Source: Marsupella aquatica (taxonomy: Eukaryota > Plantae > Marchantiophyta). From it: a DNA stretch of 64,000 nucleotides. The position numbers and the translations under genes were made by a program. Below the pieces are notes generated by a model that saw nothing but the letters and a program-made list of their open reading frames with translations, had not been told where the DNA came from and searched no databases. Location: assembly GCA_973895155.1 (NCBI GenBank), contig OZ316892.1, positions 17,040,357 to 17,104,356 of the forward strand, written 5' to 3'. Positions 13,289 through 26,700 of the stretch are shown piece by piece. Numbering within the stretch: position 1 is the first letter of the stretch; every line of letters begins with the position of its first letter.

Positions 13289-14658
13289 CCAAGAGGTAAA
13301 AAACCACTCAATAAATATGACTGGAACAAGGAAATGTAAAGATAGAGCGTGTGTGCATGCATGACAATTCTAATTGTATTGAGTTTTTGTTGTAGGATGA
13401 TTTCATGACATCTTGTGGAGGACTCCACCCAAGTACTGTGTCCAGAAAAAGTCAGCGTACATATGGAGTGAGACCTCCATATATGACCTCGGCTAACATA
13501 TCTCATGTGAGTTCAGAATTGTTCATGATTTTTATCATTTGAAAACTTAGTTTGGAATGGATCTTGTAAGTTAGGATATCTCTTATGTTACCTCTATGCT
13601 AATTTATTCCATACCAATGTTGCTGTTTATACCAGGATTTACATGAGAAGGGCCGAGACCTGGCACCCTTAGTGTTCCAGACTTTTTTCCAGTGGTTAGC
13701 ATCCTGAGTTTGGAGGGATACAATGTTACTATGTTGACTGCTATGTCAAGTTTTTGAACTTTTATTATGTCAAGTTTTTGCACTTTTATAAAATGACTTG
13801 TATGTCATGTTCTTGTCTATCATGGCCAAACAACCTTATATGGTTAGGGGTCTTTACTTGATTTGTGGTTTGCCTCGGGGGGGGGGGGGCGCTTTGAAGT
13901 CCTATGAAGTAGACTGAGTTTATAACTTGGCGACCACTAAATAAAAAAGTGGCAAAAGAACCCCTAAATTGGGGAATGTAATTGGTTTTCTTTGCCTATT
14001 TTTGTGGAAAATGTGACATTGGGAGACTCTTCGTGGCCAAGCAAACAATTGGAGTTGTTTCACTTTTTTGTATGATATGTTACCACTAAAACTATACAGT
14101 GTACATATTTCGCCACCGTCTGAAAGGAGAGAAAAGAACATTGAAATAAACTAAAGCAAAAATGCAAAATGACTCAAAGAGTGAGGTATGCCAATAAGGA
14201 TAAGTTTGATACATAACAACCAGCACAAGCTTATGCCAGATTTATTTGTGAAGACCCTTTATATCTATACTGAAGTGTGACATGGACTCCCAAAGGGAAT
14301 TCAGCACCTCTGCCATGCATCAACCAGTACTAGTTATACTCTTCCGTAAGGTTGGCAATGACTATGAAGTGCATTTTGTGCTATAAAATGTACTCCCAAG
14401 AGGAATTGAACCTCTTCCGCTGCCAGCCAGCAGGAGTTGTTTAGTATGAGTTATACTCTTCCATGTTGTTTAGTATGAGTTATACTCTTCCATAAGGTTG
14501 GCAATACTATGAATGGCATTTTGTGCTATAAAATGTACTCCCAAGAGGAATTGAACCTCTTCCGCTGCCAGCCAACAGGAGTTGTTCTGCAAGAACATTT
14601 ATTAGTACTGTTGCACATTGCAAGGAGAACATCAACTTTGGCAGCATAATGTCTGTAA

Positions 14659-15057
14659 CTAGTTAGGGAGGAATCCTACAAATTTCTCCCCTTCATCATG
14701 CCAAGTTTCTTTCACACAAGTTTTGACTGCTTCAGGAAACTTAGTTCTATCTGCAAAGCCTGCCACATAGGCCAAGTGAGTGTACACCTGCAATCGTTTT
14801 CTTCTCATGGCAGTCTCTGCATAAGTGTATGCAGCACACATGATGAATTGTTCTACCGCAACTGCTGGATTGAGATCAGAATGACATTGTCTAACCACAC
14901 TACAAAACTCTGGAAAATCTGATTGGACCTCTTGCAATGTGACAGTCCGAACTATGGGTGGAGAACCCTCAACATGATTTGGATCCTGCCAGGACAAATA
15001 GTAAACTCCATCTACATATTCAGTCAACATGACTTTCAACTTTGTAACTGGTGCCAT
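14659..15057 (-). CDS. KolX-like accessory protein (P2RX7 C-terminal-like domain), 132 aa
   Basis: C-terminal RRKRLQVYTHLAYVAGFADRTKFPEAVKTCVKETWHDEGEKFVGF resembles the KolX pattern R...Y......G...R...P.CV...+R..+...G.Y.GF. Convergent to the transposase and intact in both copies. Confidence 0.7.
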   Translation of the reverse strand: MAPVTKLKVMLTEYVDGVYYLSWQDPNHVEGSPPIVRTVTLQEVQSDFPEFCSVVRQCHSDLNPAVAVEQFIMCAAYTYAETAMRRKRLQVYTHLAYVAGFADRTKFPEAVKTCVKETWHDEGEKFVGFLPN

Positions 15058-15499
15058 CTTCCTGCCATGGGAAATTAGAGTGAGAACATATTCAATATCC
15101 CCAAAGCTTCACAATTCTACGAATGTTCCACATTCAGGATGGTATACTAAATGTCAGCAAAATTGAGGCCTCTGCCACGATCCGCTTTGGCAGCCGAAGA
15201 GCATGGAGCTCACAGCACACAGTAGCGACTTCGAAACCAGCAGCAATGAGCAGAAATTGTGCATCTTGGCAAAATGCAGCTCTAGCTATGGCAGTGGAGC
15301 AACAGCGAGTAGAAAAGCAACAATGATGAGCACAAATGGAGCACAGATTGAGAACCTGAAAGAAATTGAGTAACAACAAGGTATGCAGCCAAGCAGCAGC
15401 TAGCGAGCACAAAAAAGAGCACAAATCGAGCACCCTGGAAAATGAAACCTGGAAATTGGCCGAGCAGCGGACGATGAGAGCGGCTTCAATCAGAGCAGC

Positions 15500-15840
15500 A
15501 GCAGAGCAGATGTCAATCACGAGCAACAGCTGAGCAAATGCCGATCATGAGTAGCAGCCGAGCAGCAGCAAGCACCGGGGGTCAACAAGATTAGGCCGAG
15601 CAGCACCCGAGGTGAGCAAGAACTGAGCGGCAGCAGGAGCTCAGCAACAGCTCATAGCAGCACCCTATGGAGCTCAGCAGCAGCTCGCAGCAGCACCCTA
15701 TGGAGCTCAGCAGCAGCTCATAACACCCTATCAAGCTCAGCAGCAGCGCGCAATAGCACCCAGTCGAGCAGGAGCTCGCAGCAGCACCATATTCAAGCTC
15801 ACAGCAGCTGATAAGCAGCAGCCAATAACGCAGCAGCTGT
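15500..15840. repeat. GCA-rich ~33-bp minisatellite in the Kolobok right arm
   Basis: Repeated GAGCTCAGCAGCAGCTCGCAGCAGCACCCTATG-like units. Confidence 0.7.
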
Positions 15841-17869
15841 GAGAGATTTCAGATTCGGAGGTAGACGACAACGAGGTGTGAGGAGCAGAGCAACAGCATC
15901 CGAGCTCCAGCTATGGCAGCTGCTCGCAACTTGGATTGGAGAGGGAGGCACAAAGCGACTCCTAGTGGTCACCAATGACTTTCGAGCTTGAGGTGGAGTT
16001 CCAAAACGATCAATGCAAATCAAAGAGCTAGGACAAACGATGGAGCGCAGCAGCGAGGTCGAGGAGCATTCAAAAATCCGAGCTATGGGCAGCAGCAAGT
16101 TGCGAGTCCTCGGAGGAGGCTGGCAATGGCAGCTCCCCGGGCAGCTCGTGGTCATGGAGGATCGGAGGCACTAGTGCAGCACAAAGCACTGCACACGAAG
16201 CGCTACTGGGAGGCGGAGGCGCACAAGGGCAACGAAGCGCTGGTGGGAGACGAAGGCGCAGAAGGGCAGCAGTAGGCGCTGCTGGGAGGCGGAGGCACTG
16301 TTGGGAGGTGCCTAGGGTTAGTGGGGAGGTGGGATTGGGAGCCAGGCGGGCGGGCCCTGCAGCGGCCGGGGTACGGGAGCGGTGGCAGGGACTCTGGCAT
16401 GGCTCGGGCAGAATGGGAAGCCGCTCGGGCAGGGATCAGGGTCCCTTTAGACCCCGAGTTGTGGTTTAAATGTTTTCCTGTCATATAATTTCTCAGTGGT
16501 CAAGTTGTCTCATAACCTGCAATTTGAGTATGGAGCGCTCTTGCACACCCAAGATGTGGAGCCAGCAGCAGAGCTTAACCCTTGCCAAACTATCAAGCAG
16601 CTCGTCATGTATCATTGCTGGTTGCAAAATACATATTTTATGATATCTAAACTTGGACCGAGACTAACTTCTTGGGGAGCAAACTCCTTTGGTCATCTTG
16701 CATATGAAGAGAGTAACCTGAAATTGCAGAGATCAATCATGAGGTCAAAAGCTTGCAAAATGAGAGCCACTCTTCCACCTGGCTTGGCAAGGTCTAGCAT
16801 ATTAATAATGATGTCATAAATATCACAACTAACAAATGATGGTCCCTTTTTCATTTAGCAAGCCATTAATTTTGATAGGTCTTGCCAATTTAATGTAATA
16901 TTGGAGGGTCTCGAAACATTGCAAACAGAAGGTTGAAAATGATGTTCAGAAAATGAGGTAGAAAAAGGAATATTGTTGAACCCTAGGGAAAACAACAGGA
17001 TTATGTGAGCCTTCTTCAAGGTTGAAAGGTCCCATGCATCTTGAATGCACTCTCCACCATACCTCAAGAGGCACAATGACCACCTTTTCTGAGGATTGGG
17101 GGTGGGAAGAAATCGTTTTGTTGGTTGTGTGTGTGTGTGTGTTGGGGGGAAGGGGGAGGCAATGGAGCTTTTGGGGAAGGATGGCTAAGAAAAGTAATCC
17201 TTGGACCCCATGTTCATCCAAGGAATGTGTGTGTGAAGTAAAATCAATTTTCAGCAAGGCGGTAACCAATGGTTTAGAGTCTCCTGGTGGTCTTGGTGTG
17301 TGCTCGTACAAAAGAGAACGCTCAAAAAATAGAGAAGATTGATCTGGTTGAGATATATGATCTCTTTGTTTTATCAAAGAGAAGGTTGAATATATGGAGA
17401 AATTGAGTTTTTTGACGATTTTTGTTTACACATTGGAGAAATCACGTTTTTACCATTCTTGATTGATCATATGTGAGTTACATTGAGCATTACCACCACA
17501 AGAAAAACTGGAGGACAACACTCAGTTGTTGGCAAAAGACATTTGTCATTTCGGTGGGAAGAATGCTTGAAACAGACAAGCCATCACTTCACATGAAGGT
17601 TTTGTAGTTGTTTTGATTTAAGAAGTTATGGTGTGACTGGAGGGAGACCATTGATTGTTTCTTCAACATAAAGGTTGCATTTGGTGTCAACTTGTGTTCA
17701 GAGTGAGCTTCAGTAGAAGCTTGGAGGGATGCAAACAATTCAAGCCGGGAAGCAAGCATTATGGACAAGCGATGACAATGTAATCGAATAAATCAATTTA
17801 CAACAACTAAGTTTGTGACGGTGATGAGATTGTGACATCTCTTGATCGAGAAAGGGTCTCCAATGAACC

Positions 17870-18720
17870 TCAGATTTGACAAATTTTGTCAAGTTCCAAA
17901 TGAGTTTTTGAATTTCTCTGCCTTTCCAATGAGTGTGACAATAAGGAATTTTGGTCATGAGTTCATGAATTCTTTTAGCTTTCCAACGTTGAGTCTGACA
18001 TTGACCAACGCTGGTCCACAAACTGCAAGCAGAGCTAGACAGTGTGATCGGGAAGGATAGATTCATGACTGAGGTATACATTTTGAAGTTGCCTTACCTT
18101 CAGGCAGTCGTGAAAGAGTCTCTCCAGCTACATCCACCAGCTCCGCTCGACATTCCTCACTGCAGCACTGAGCATAGCAAGCTAATCGGCTATGACATCT
18201 TGGTGGGGACCACGGCACTTGTGAACATTTGGGCCATCAACCGCAACCCGAAGCAATGGCCCAACCCTCTGCGATTCGATCCCAAGCGTTTAACAAATTT
18301 GGATAACAGCATTTTTGGCAGCGCATATAATCTCCTGCCCTTTTTGTCATGCAGACGGGGCTGTCCAAGCATGCTCCTGGGTCTCACCATGGTTGTCAGA
18401 TTTTGTCACGGTACTAAAGAGATCATGAGGTTTTCAATCTCTCTAGCTTTCTAATGTGTGACTTTGGGAATACTCGTCAAGAATTAGAGAGATCATGAGT
18501 ATCTTAATTTCTCTAGCTTTCCAATGAACTTAACATTGATAGATTTTGTCAAGTACTAAGGAGATGATGAGTTTTCTTATTTTACTCTAACTTTCCAATG
18601 AGTGTGACATTGAAAGATTTTATCAAGATAATATTAAAGAGGTCATGAGTTTCTTGATCCTGAGCTTTCCAATGAATCAAACATTGACAGATTTCATGAA
18701 GCACTAAGGAGATTGATTAT
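17870..18720. repeat. Degenerate ~70-bp minisatellite interrupted by a P450 fragment
   Basis: Units like AGATTTTGTCAAG..GAGATCATGAG..TTTCTCTAGCTTTCCAATGAGTGTGACATTGA at ~17870-18005 and ~18397-18720. Confidence 0.7.
18010..18396 (+). pseudogene. Cytochrome P450 C-terminal fragment, degenerate
   Basis: LPYLQAVVKESLQLHPPAPLDIPH (ExxR broken), VNIWAINRNPKQWPNPLRFDPKRL (PERF broken), LLPFLSCRRGCPS (haem motif FGxGRRxCPG broken). No N-terminal half. Confidence 0.85.
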
Positions 18721-20360
18721 TTAGTTCTACAATGTGAAGCCAAAAGGGTTCTTACTATGTACATTTATTTTGATTGCTTTATTTTCCAAACTTGCAAATA
18801 ATTAAAAATACAAGCATTTTGATGTTAAACACTAATATATCATTGACGAATATTAGAATGATAACTTTTTTTTACTAAATGACATCCAAGGTTCCTTTGT
18901 AACTGTCTGGTTTTTTTACGCTTAATACGTATGGCAGAGCGCCCCAAAAATTACATTTATTTTGCCACAAACATGAATGTGCGCTTTGGTTCATGTCAAA
19001 AATAAGATCTGTCTTGTTTGTGGCTAGTTGTGTTTATGTGACACAACATAGTGGCAAGGAATTTGCAAGGGACCTCTCATGGGGGTCAATATATTTTGAT
19101 GTGGCTGAAATTGGGGATTTTTTTGGGTCCTGTTTTAGGAGGTGATGAAAATGAAGGCCAAGCATAACCTAGAGGGGTACATGGACAAGCTAAGAAAAAT
19201 CAAATTACACAGTACAAACGAGACTCTAGAATAAGGGCAGTGGTCTAGGGTGAAGCCTCCAGGCATAAACGAAAGTCAGGTAAGGCAAAAATGACCATCA
19301 TTGGGGTGGGAAATGAAATGAGCTATACTTTTGTTCTCACCAATATGGATTGTCCCTGGACAGGCATTAGATAAGTTTAGAATAGTGTTAGTGATTGATT
19401 GTCATGTTTACAGTCATTGTCAGCTTTGTGCATCACATCCTGTTGCGCATACACAGTGCTTCATCAACTGATTGATGCATCTGGATATTTCTAGTAGTAC
19501 ATTGATGTTTGTAGTTGACTTTCCATTATTTTTTATGCAATCGGACCATCATCTCCAAATACAAGGAAGCACTGGCCGGAACACCTGGGCCCCTACACGG
19601 CATGCCCATCAGTGTCACACACTGCATTGCTAATTTTCCATTACACGAAAAATGTTCAATGTCGGGTATGGTGGCCACGTGTTCATCTATGCAAAGCTAC
19701 AAAGCTGTGTTGTGGATTGAATGAATGGAAAGCTTGCTCATCAGTACAAAGTCTTGCAATTGGAATGAAGACATGACAGCCCTTGCTCATCTTTTAAGAG
19801 GATAACTGAGACTAAACCCACTAGGCAAGACCTACACAGACAGATCAAGGAGAGATAATTCAGTCCAAAACCATCCTTCTCCTCTCAGCAAACAGTCGCA
19901 AGAGATAAATTAGTCATATATGAAATTCGCCACTTTGTCGGAATCTGCAACCACGAGAGAAGTGCGAGTGACTTTTCGCCAACCATACCCGGAAAGTGGT
20001 TCGACAAGCCCTTGAGAATTGTCGCCCTTTCTTCGACGAAGAAGAATCGAGAACGAGCTGAACCGTTTGTCGGGCGGCGAGCGTTTTGCCTCAAATTAGA
20101 GCTCTCTAACAATTAGTTCCAACTGCACAGAATGGACTTCCTGAAAGCTTTACCTGTCCATTTACTCCGGTCCAGTGTTGGGCCAGTAGTACTGTGTGCT
20201 GCAATGCCTCCGGAATTTGTGTCGACAGGCAATCTCTCAAGTATTGTTACCCGCAATGCCTCCCGACTTTCATCAGGAACCGCTTGGATATACAAGCGGT
20301 ATCATCGTCCTTCACCAATTAACTGCAATGCTTTGACTCCATCCCATAAATTCCAAAGAC

Positions 20361-20538
20361 AAGGGCTGAAGCGATGGCACCATTCCAGAGAACCACTGCT
20401 AGATCAATGTTGAAGCCTAGGGCCCACTCACTTCAATCCGCCCATCAATCCCAAAGATAAGGGTTGAAGCGATGGCATCATTCCAGAGGACCACTGCTAG
20501 ATCGATGTCGAAGCCTAGGGCCCACTCACTTGAATCCG
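20361..20538. repeat. Direct repeat, two ~80-bp copies
   Basis: AAGGG(C/T)TGAAGCGATGGCA(C/T)CATTCCAGAG...GAAGCCTAGGGCCCACTCACTT at ~20361 and ~20459. Confidence 0.85.
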
Positions 20539-21294
20539 GCACAACAAAGTATCCTGTAAATCTCAGAATTCCAAATTTCCAGTCTCCAACCTGTGACTTG
20601 CGCCGCCTCACGTCGTATGTGCAGCAACTACAACTCACGATAGAACTCCCCGTTACAAAGAGTTCACATTAGGGGAACTTAGGGGCACTTTACAAGACAT
20701 CGGGGGCTGTTCGCTTCCTTTTCTACCAAAGCTGAGCCAGCAGCAGTTTCACATGCTAAAAACAGTATATCGGGGCTAATAGAGAATTTAGAAAACTTTT
20801 ATTGCCCCCAACATCTTGTAAAGGGAACTCATCTTGTAAAGGGAACTCTGGCCAGTGTAACTAGAATCATTGACTAGAAGACAAACTTGGGACCCACTCC
20901 ACCTGAATCTTTGGCTAATGCTGGCTAATCTTTGGCTAATGCTGGTTCCTGTGGGTCCGCATTTATTGAAAACTGCCCATAATAGGAATGGACCAAGCGG
21001 CCGGATGAAGGGACCTCCAACGGAGGTGGTCTAAAATTCTGGACAAAAAAGAGCTCCACGTAGGCAAAAGTTGGGCCCCACTGAAGTCCATGTAGGATCG
21101 GCAGAATCAATGAGCAAAACTGCCCCCGACGTTTTCTAAAGTGAACTCCAGCACTATCTCCCCAATGGATGGCCCGGATTGGATCTTGGATGTCAGAAAA
21201 GTGAAGGAACTGCCCCCGACGTCTTGTAAAGCCACCCTTACTCTACTGGATCTTCGTTGCCAGCGATATGATTGAACTCTACTATAAGTGATTC

Positions 21295-21530
21295 TTCTCA
21301 AAGTCATTAATGTAATCTTAAAGAGATTTGTGCCGAACTTTATTTCAAATATATTTGTAATCTCTACTGTTCCCATATTCTCGGGTCCTTGTAGCGTGCA
21401 AGGAGCAGTAACACTCTCAAAGTCATTAGTGTAATCTTAAAGAGATTTGTGCCGAACTTTATTTCAAATATATTTGCAATCTCTACTGTTCCCATATTCT
21501 CGGGTCCTTGTAGCGTGCAAGGAGCAGTAA
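21295..21530. repeat. Tandem duplication, two ~120-bp units
   Basis: CTCAAAGTCATTA.TGTAATCTTAAAGAGATTTGTGCCGAAC...GCAAGGAGCAGTAA occurs twice in tandem. Confidence 0.9.
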
Positions 21531-22091
21531 AACATTCCTTGCATGAGCAAAAGATTTACTCCCATGACCCCTAATTTTTTTATATCCAAATGTCTTGCTA
21601 CCAAGAACCTGGTTGAGAACATACATTTTTAGGACTAGTCTCTTTGCTAGCCAACTCGCTAGCCATCTGGAATCATAAAAAAACACAAAATATATAAAAG
21701 GCAGCAAAAGATATAAAAGGCAAAAGAAATTTAAAACCACTACACTAGTGTCTCGCTGACAAAACTCTCCTCGCTAACAAAATTACTCTTTGCTCGCATT
21801 ATACAATACCTCCATATTCTCCCAAGTAAGGTTGTTGATTGACTGAATCCAAATCAACTGTTACTGAGCGTGTTCAGTGACATTGATACGGCATGCTACC
21901 TCCATCCCAAGGTGAATGAGAAACACCAACCATCCTAGCATTTCAAAGAAAATACATGCATCTAGTATTATTATCCTTATACCACATGCTCATACCATAT
22001 TCCCATGCAGCGGTAATACCATACATATGCTCATACCATATTCCCACTCCGTAGTAATAGAAGTACTACTATCTTCCTCTAAGACAAGGCC

Positions 22092-22440
22092 CAGGCCTTG
22101 TGTTTGAGATAGGGCTTCAAATTGAGTCACCAACTCATTTGTCTTGTAAGATTAAAGACAAGATGACATGCTCGAAAACAACAATCCAATTTCTTTCATT
22201 ACAAGGCCTTGTGTTTGAGATAGGGCTTCAAATTGAGTCACCAACTCATTTGTCTTGTAAGATTAAAGACAAGATGACATGCTCGAAAACAACAATCCAA
22301 TTTCTTTCATTACAAGGCCTTGTGTTTGAGATAGGGCTTCAAATTGAGTCACCAACTCATTTGTCTTGTAAGATTAAAGACAAGATGACATGCTCGAAAA
22401 CAACAATCCAATTTCTTTCATTACAAGGCCCTGTCTTTGA
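22092..22440. repeat. Near-perfect tandem repeat, 108-bp unit, just over three copies
   Basis: AGGCCTTGTGTTTGAGATAGGGCTTCAAATTGAGTCACC...TTTCTTTCATTACA repeated; this explains the 36-aa periodic ORF 22100-22447. Confidence 0.95.
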
Positions 22441-22504
22441 ACACTAGGCCCGGGAGTTCTATTACATAAAGCTGTGTACTCGAGAAGACACAATTTTTGG
22501 AGGT

Positions 22505-22753
22505 ACGCCCTGTTTTTGGAAAGATATACTTGATGGACCCCTAAATTGAAATGTCATACTTGAAAGACCCCATGAGACCCCATGAGCTTTTGGGTACATT
22601 GATTTGACATCTACAATCACACATGGGTCCGCCCTCTTTTTGGAAAGATATACTTGATGGACCCCTAAATTGAAATGTCGTACTTGAAAGACCCCATGAG
22701 ACCCCATGAGCTTTTGGGTACATTGATTTGACATCTACAATCACACATGGGTC
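22505..22753. repeat. Tandem duplication, two ~120-bp units
   Basis: TTTTTGGAAAGATATACTTGATGGACCCCTAAATTGAAATGTC...CTACAATCACACATGGGTCC occurs twice. Confidence 0.9.
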
Positions 22754-23760
22754 CATCGAGAAACACTTTGCATTTTGGGGGTCCCTCAAGTATCTCTCCG
22801 CCTGTTTTGTCATTTTCAAACAGAAGGTCTTGCTTTCAGGAGAAGATTTAGTAGTAGTAATAAAGGTTGAGTGAGGATACCACAGGGTACTTCACAATTC
22901 TATACAATCCACTCTACAACCAGGTACAATTCACAATCGTAAAGTCAGTTAAAGTCAATCAGTACAAAGCTGCAAGGTACACTCTGAACGTACGATACTC
23001 ACCTAGAAGGAATAGTACAGAGTACAAAAATTACTAATCACAAGTACAACATTGATCAGCAAGAGGGAATGGAATCAAGACAAGCCAAACTTTGGATTTG
23101 AACCTCTTGATTACAAAATCCAGTGAATTTGATAAAAAGATTCTCTTAAGAATAATCTGATAGATTATTAAATCAAGTTTCAGAATGTATAGAAGCTCGA
23201 TACAAATCTTCAAACTCTTAAGAATCTCCAAACTTACCTACGGTAGTGGTGTGATGTCACCAATTAGCCATGAATCTACGAAGAACAGTTGAAAACAAAT
23301 CTCAGGAAGCAAATGACTAAAGTAAAGGATCAGACTGGACAAAAGAATAGATATGAACAAGAGGCCCATGCCTAGTCATTGACATCCGGACACAGTTCCG
23401 TGCATGTAAGCATTGGGCCAATAACCAATTTACCGATTAAGCTTTGGTTTGACAGGTTCGTAAGTCCTAAAGTTGTTCACTGTCCTAGCCTAAATATCCA
23501 TACCTTTCATGTCACTGGGCCAGAAGTCAATCACATCAGGATAAAGGCGATGCCTTTCGAGAAAATGAGATCAAAATAGAGCAAAATACTAACTCAAAAC
23601 GATCCCAGATGAAAAAGTGATCCTATGTTGAACTTATTCCATCCTCACTCTAGAAGATTTCCATTTGTTTCCACAATCATGCGATACAATTGCACACGCA
23701 TGGTCTGGTCTCCTGCCCCTGGAACAAAAGTCAGCCCCTGTTTATGCAGCACCAGTCTCC

Positions 23761-26700
23761 TCATCCCTCCCAGCCTTGTCTGCCCTACAACTCATACTTT
23801 ATCGTCCTAGCAACACCTTTAGTGGGTTGCATTTGCTGCGTAAAACCATGTTGAGGACCAAAATGCCCTTATTTGTTTAGGGTTTTCACTTTCTGCAAGG
23901 TCAGTAGAATGAGATATTGATTCTCCCTCATCGTTTTGACAGCTCCAGAAGCTCTGTCAGGCCCTGCAAAGGCCTGACCCAGTAAATTTTGCAAAATCAG
24001 AGGTATGTCCCTGTGAGACCATGGTCTGGAGCTCATATTGTGCAGGAAAGCAAAGCACCCAAATGTCTAACCAGATCATCTATCCTGCTAAGCCGTAGTG
24101 CTCTATTTCTTTTTGCCGGTAGTTCTAAATGGCTACTCGTGGGGAGAGTAGACCATCTCCTCATCGGAAGCTATAGTGGTAATCTATTCACAAACAAGCA
24201 CGAGTATATTCTGGAACACATTTGAACTAACACGAGCAAGCGTTCAATAAATGAGAGAAGATGACAAAAAAGGGGTGTTTCTGACTCGCCTGTTCAAGTA
24301 TGAGTCGCCCAAGATCATACCCCTGTTCAAAAGCCATTTGAATGACCTGTAACATTTACAGCATTCGATCTCAATGAGTCACTGTAGGTCTCTTGTGTTC
24401 TACCTCACACCTTTCCATAGCAGAGAAAAAACGGGCACACCTCTTAGAGTGGCTAAGCTTGCATTAGATGTACCGAGGATTATCACTGTGAAGGAGAATA
24501 CTATTCAGTGCTACACTTCTATGACAAAAACTCCTTGGACGCCAACCAATGAGCAGCAGAATCAATATCTACTGCATTCACTCGTCCATGAAAGCCAGAG
24601 AAGCTTGACGTTTCCTTGTTTATATTGATGTCAGTTTAATTTGAACTATAAGTTTCAGAGTAGCAGGGATGTCTCACTCAGCCTACCTGCTTCACAAAAT
24701 CATCAATAGGGTCCATTTCGCCTTCGTCACCGTCACTTGGCCCTAGCTGCTCACACGGGGACAAAACTTTGCATAAATCCAGAGTTGCTCTGGATGGCTT
24801 ACATACTATTTCTGTACAAACTCAACAGGATTTTCATGTTATGATTATTGATCATGTTGATTTAATCCTTAATTACTACAGTGGTCAACAACGTACCTGA
24901 GCCAGAGTTGCATAGACTAGTCGAACCCATAGAGATCTGATTCTGCTTTCCTGCAAGATATGGAAAGGATTTTCACTAGGCACGCCTGCTCTCTCAATGC
25001 TCAAGGCAGTAAAAAGCGCACAACACACACACAGGTCAAGAATGATTGGGGCCAGACCGATCACTGATTTGACCTGGAAAAATAGAAGCAGCCGCAGGAG
25101 GCTAAACGTGTTGTCCACTTAGCAGTCATCGGTAAAATAAAAATTCATAGAACGTCCCTGTAAGAGATCTTATTCCTTTGGTATACTGAATCCTAAACCC
25201 TGAATTCGCTATATAAAGTCGATCCAGGCGATAAACCCCTCGCAATGAAGAATGGAACAAGATAAGATGAACTGATGATCCAGTCTATCAAATCAACTCT
25301 CACCAACGAGACTTACGAGAGGACTCTGAAAAATGCGCACTTTACGCAACACTACTACAACAACCAAGCGACCACAATAGCAACGACAAGGTGAAGCACG
25401 AGCTCTGCGAACAGACCTCACTGAGTATGGGATCACGAGACCACCTCTGATTCCGGATAGCAAAGGCACCCGTCAAAGAGCCATCTTGAAGAACCAGCTG
25501 GAGTTGAAGTTCCTTTAGGCCGAATCCCAAGTCATGAGCTTCCATACAAGCCTGAACAAAGTCTTCCGCTGCCACCTGCACTACAGTCATTTCATACACA
25601 ACTCAGATTACTCCAAGTCATTTAATTGAAAGTATAATTGTAAAGAGACATTCAATTGACCTCTAGTTCAACGGCGGTCATTTATCGTTCTGCGTCGATG
25701 AAAAAACCGTAGTGATGCTATGCCGAGACCTTAATTTCTCTTATCTGAACTTTGAGCGAGGAACATTCTTACGATATTGATATAGGACAGCAATCCAGTA
25801 GACACGGGGCTGAAAGGATGGCCAGGGAACTAACAAGAAATGCACTACCTATGAGTAAGGATCTTCGCACCGAATGCTCATCATGGACTCATTTTTAAAT
25901 AGGAAGTCGCCCCAATCCTTAGGCCCGTACAAAAAATTGGAGGTATTTCGATTCAAGAAAAACTGCTCACTAGTTCACTTCAATTCTTAAGCAAAAGTCA
26001 GGTAGCAAGGTTCATGTCCATTATTTTGGCCCATGGTTAGGTGACAGAAACCCAGAGAGATCGTGTAAGAGAGGATGCAGTCAAATCTACAATTAGACTT
26101 GTCGTCTCCTCACAATTTCTATCGAAAAAAGGATCCTCAGCTGTGACGTCTGTAACGAAATACAGACCAAAAGCTTCAATGTATGCATCCCAACAAGTAT
26201 TATGAAGGTTGCCCATCCTAATATCAAATGCTAGATCTTTGTTATTTGGAAAGTCCACTGAACTGGAAAATTCTTTTAGTTGTGTATATCTGAGGAGTAT
26301 TGTACTAGTCCTCAGATACTTTCCAGGATCTTAGCTGGTCGAAGGTGGCATACTTCACTGTCACAAAGTGATGTTTATCAAGACTACTCAGTGTCCTTTG
26401 TTGCTAAAGACGCAATGCTACGTTCAAATCCCCTGAAGAAGTCATGGTATTTCAGAATTGCATCCTTACCCTATGGAAGATGTGAAAATTTTCACTACAC
26501 TGAAGATGCGTGCTTTTCAAGGACTATCCAGTTTGCTATGCCGACCAAAGACGGCTACCATAGTTCTGGAGGTCGAAATGTTAGTAGATTTGAAAATTGA
26601 GATACCTATGAACTTTGAGATAAGAGCTGAAACCTCAAATGGAAAGAGTTTGCAGTTATAGACTTAGGCCTGTCAAATGTTTTTCGGTTCTTCTATTGTC

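Larger units (their letters stand above)
10148..16465 (+). mobile_element. Kolobok-like DNA transposon, copy 1 (internally deleted)
   Basis: Flanked by TTAA at 10144-10147 and 16466-16469 with short TIRs (ACCAC...GTGGT). Colinear with copy 2. Encodes a DDE transposase (+) and a convergent KolX-like ORF (-), the Kolobok arrangement. Confidence 0.85.

Noticed and set aside
19885-20295. Two adjacent minus-strand ORFs that look like a gene fragment
   Set aside because: No family could be assigned and there is no clear exon structure; mentioned only as context for the 20567 duplication.
22092-22753. CRISPR-like array or repeat-protein gene (ORF 22100-22447)
   Set aside because: Units are head-to-tail with no unique spacers, and the ORF is just the translation of a 108-bp repeat.
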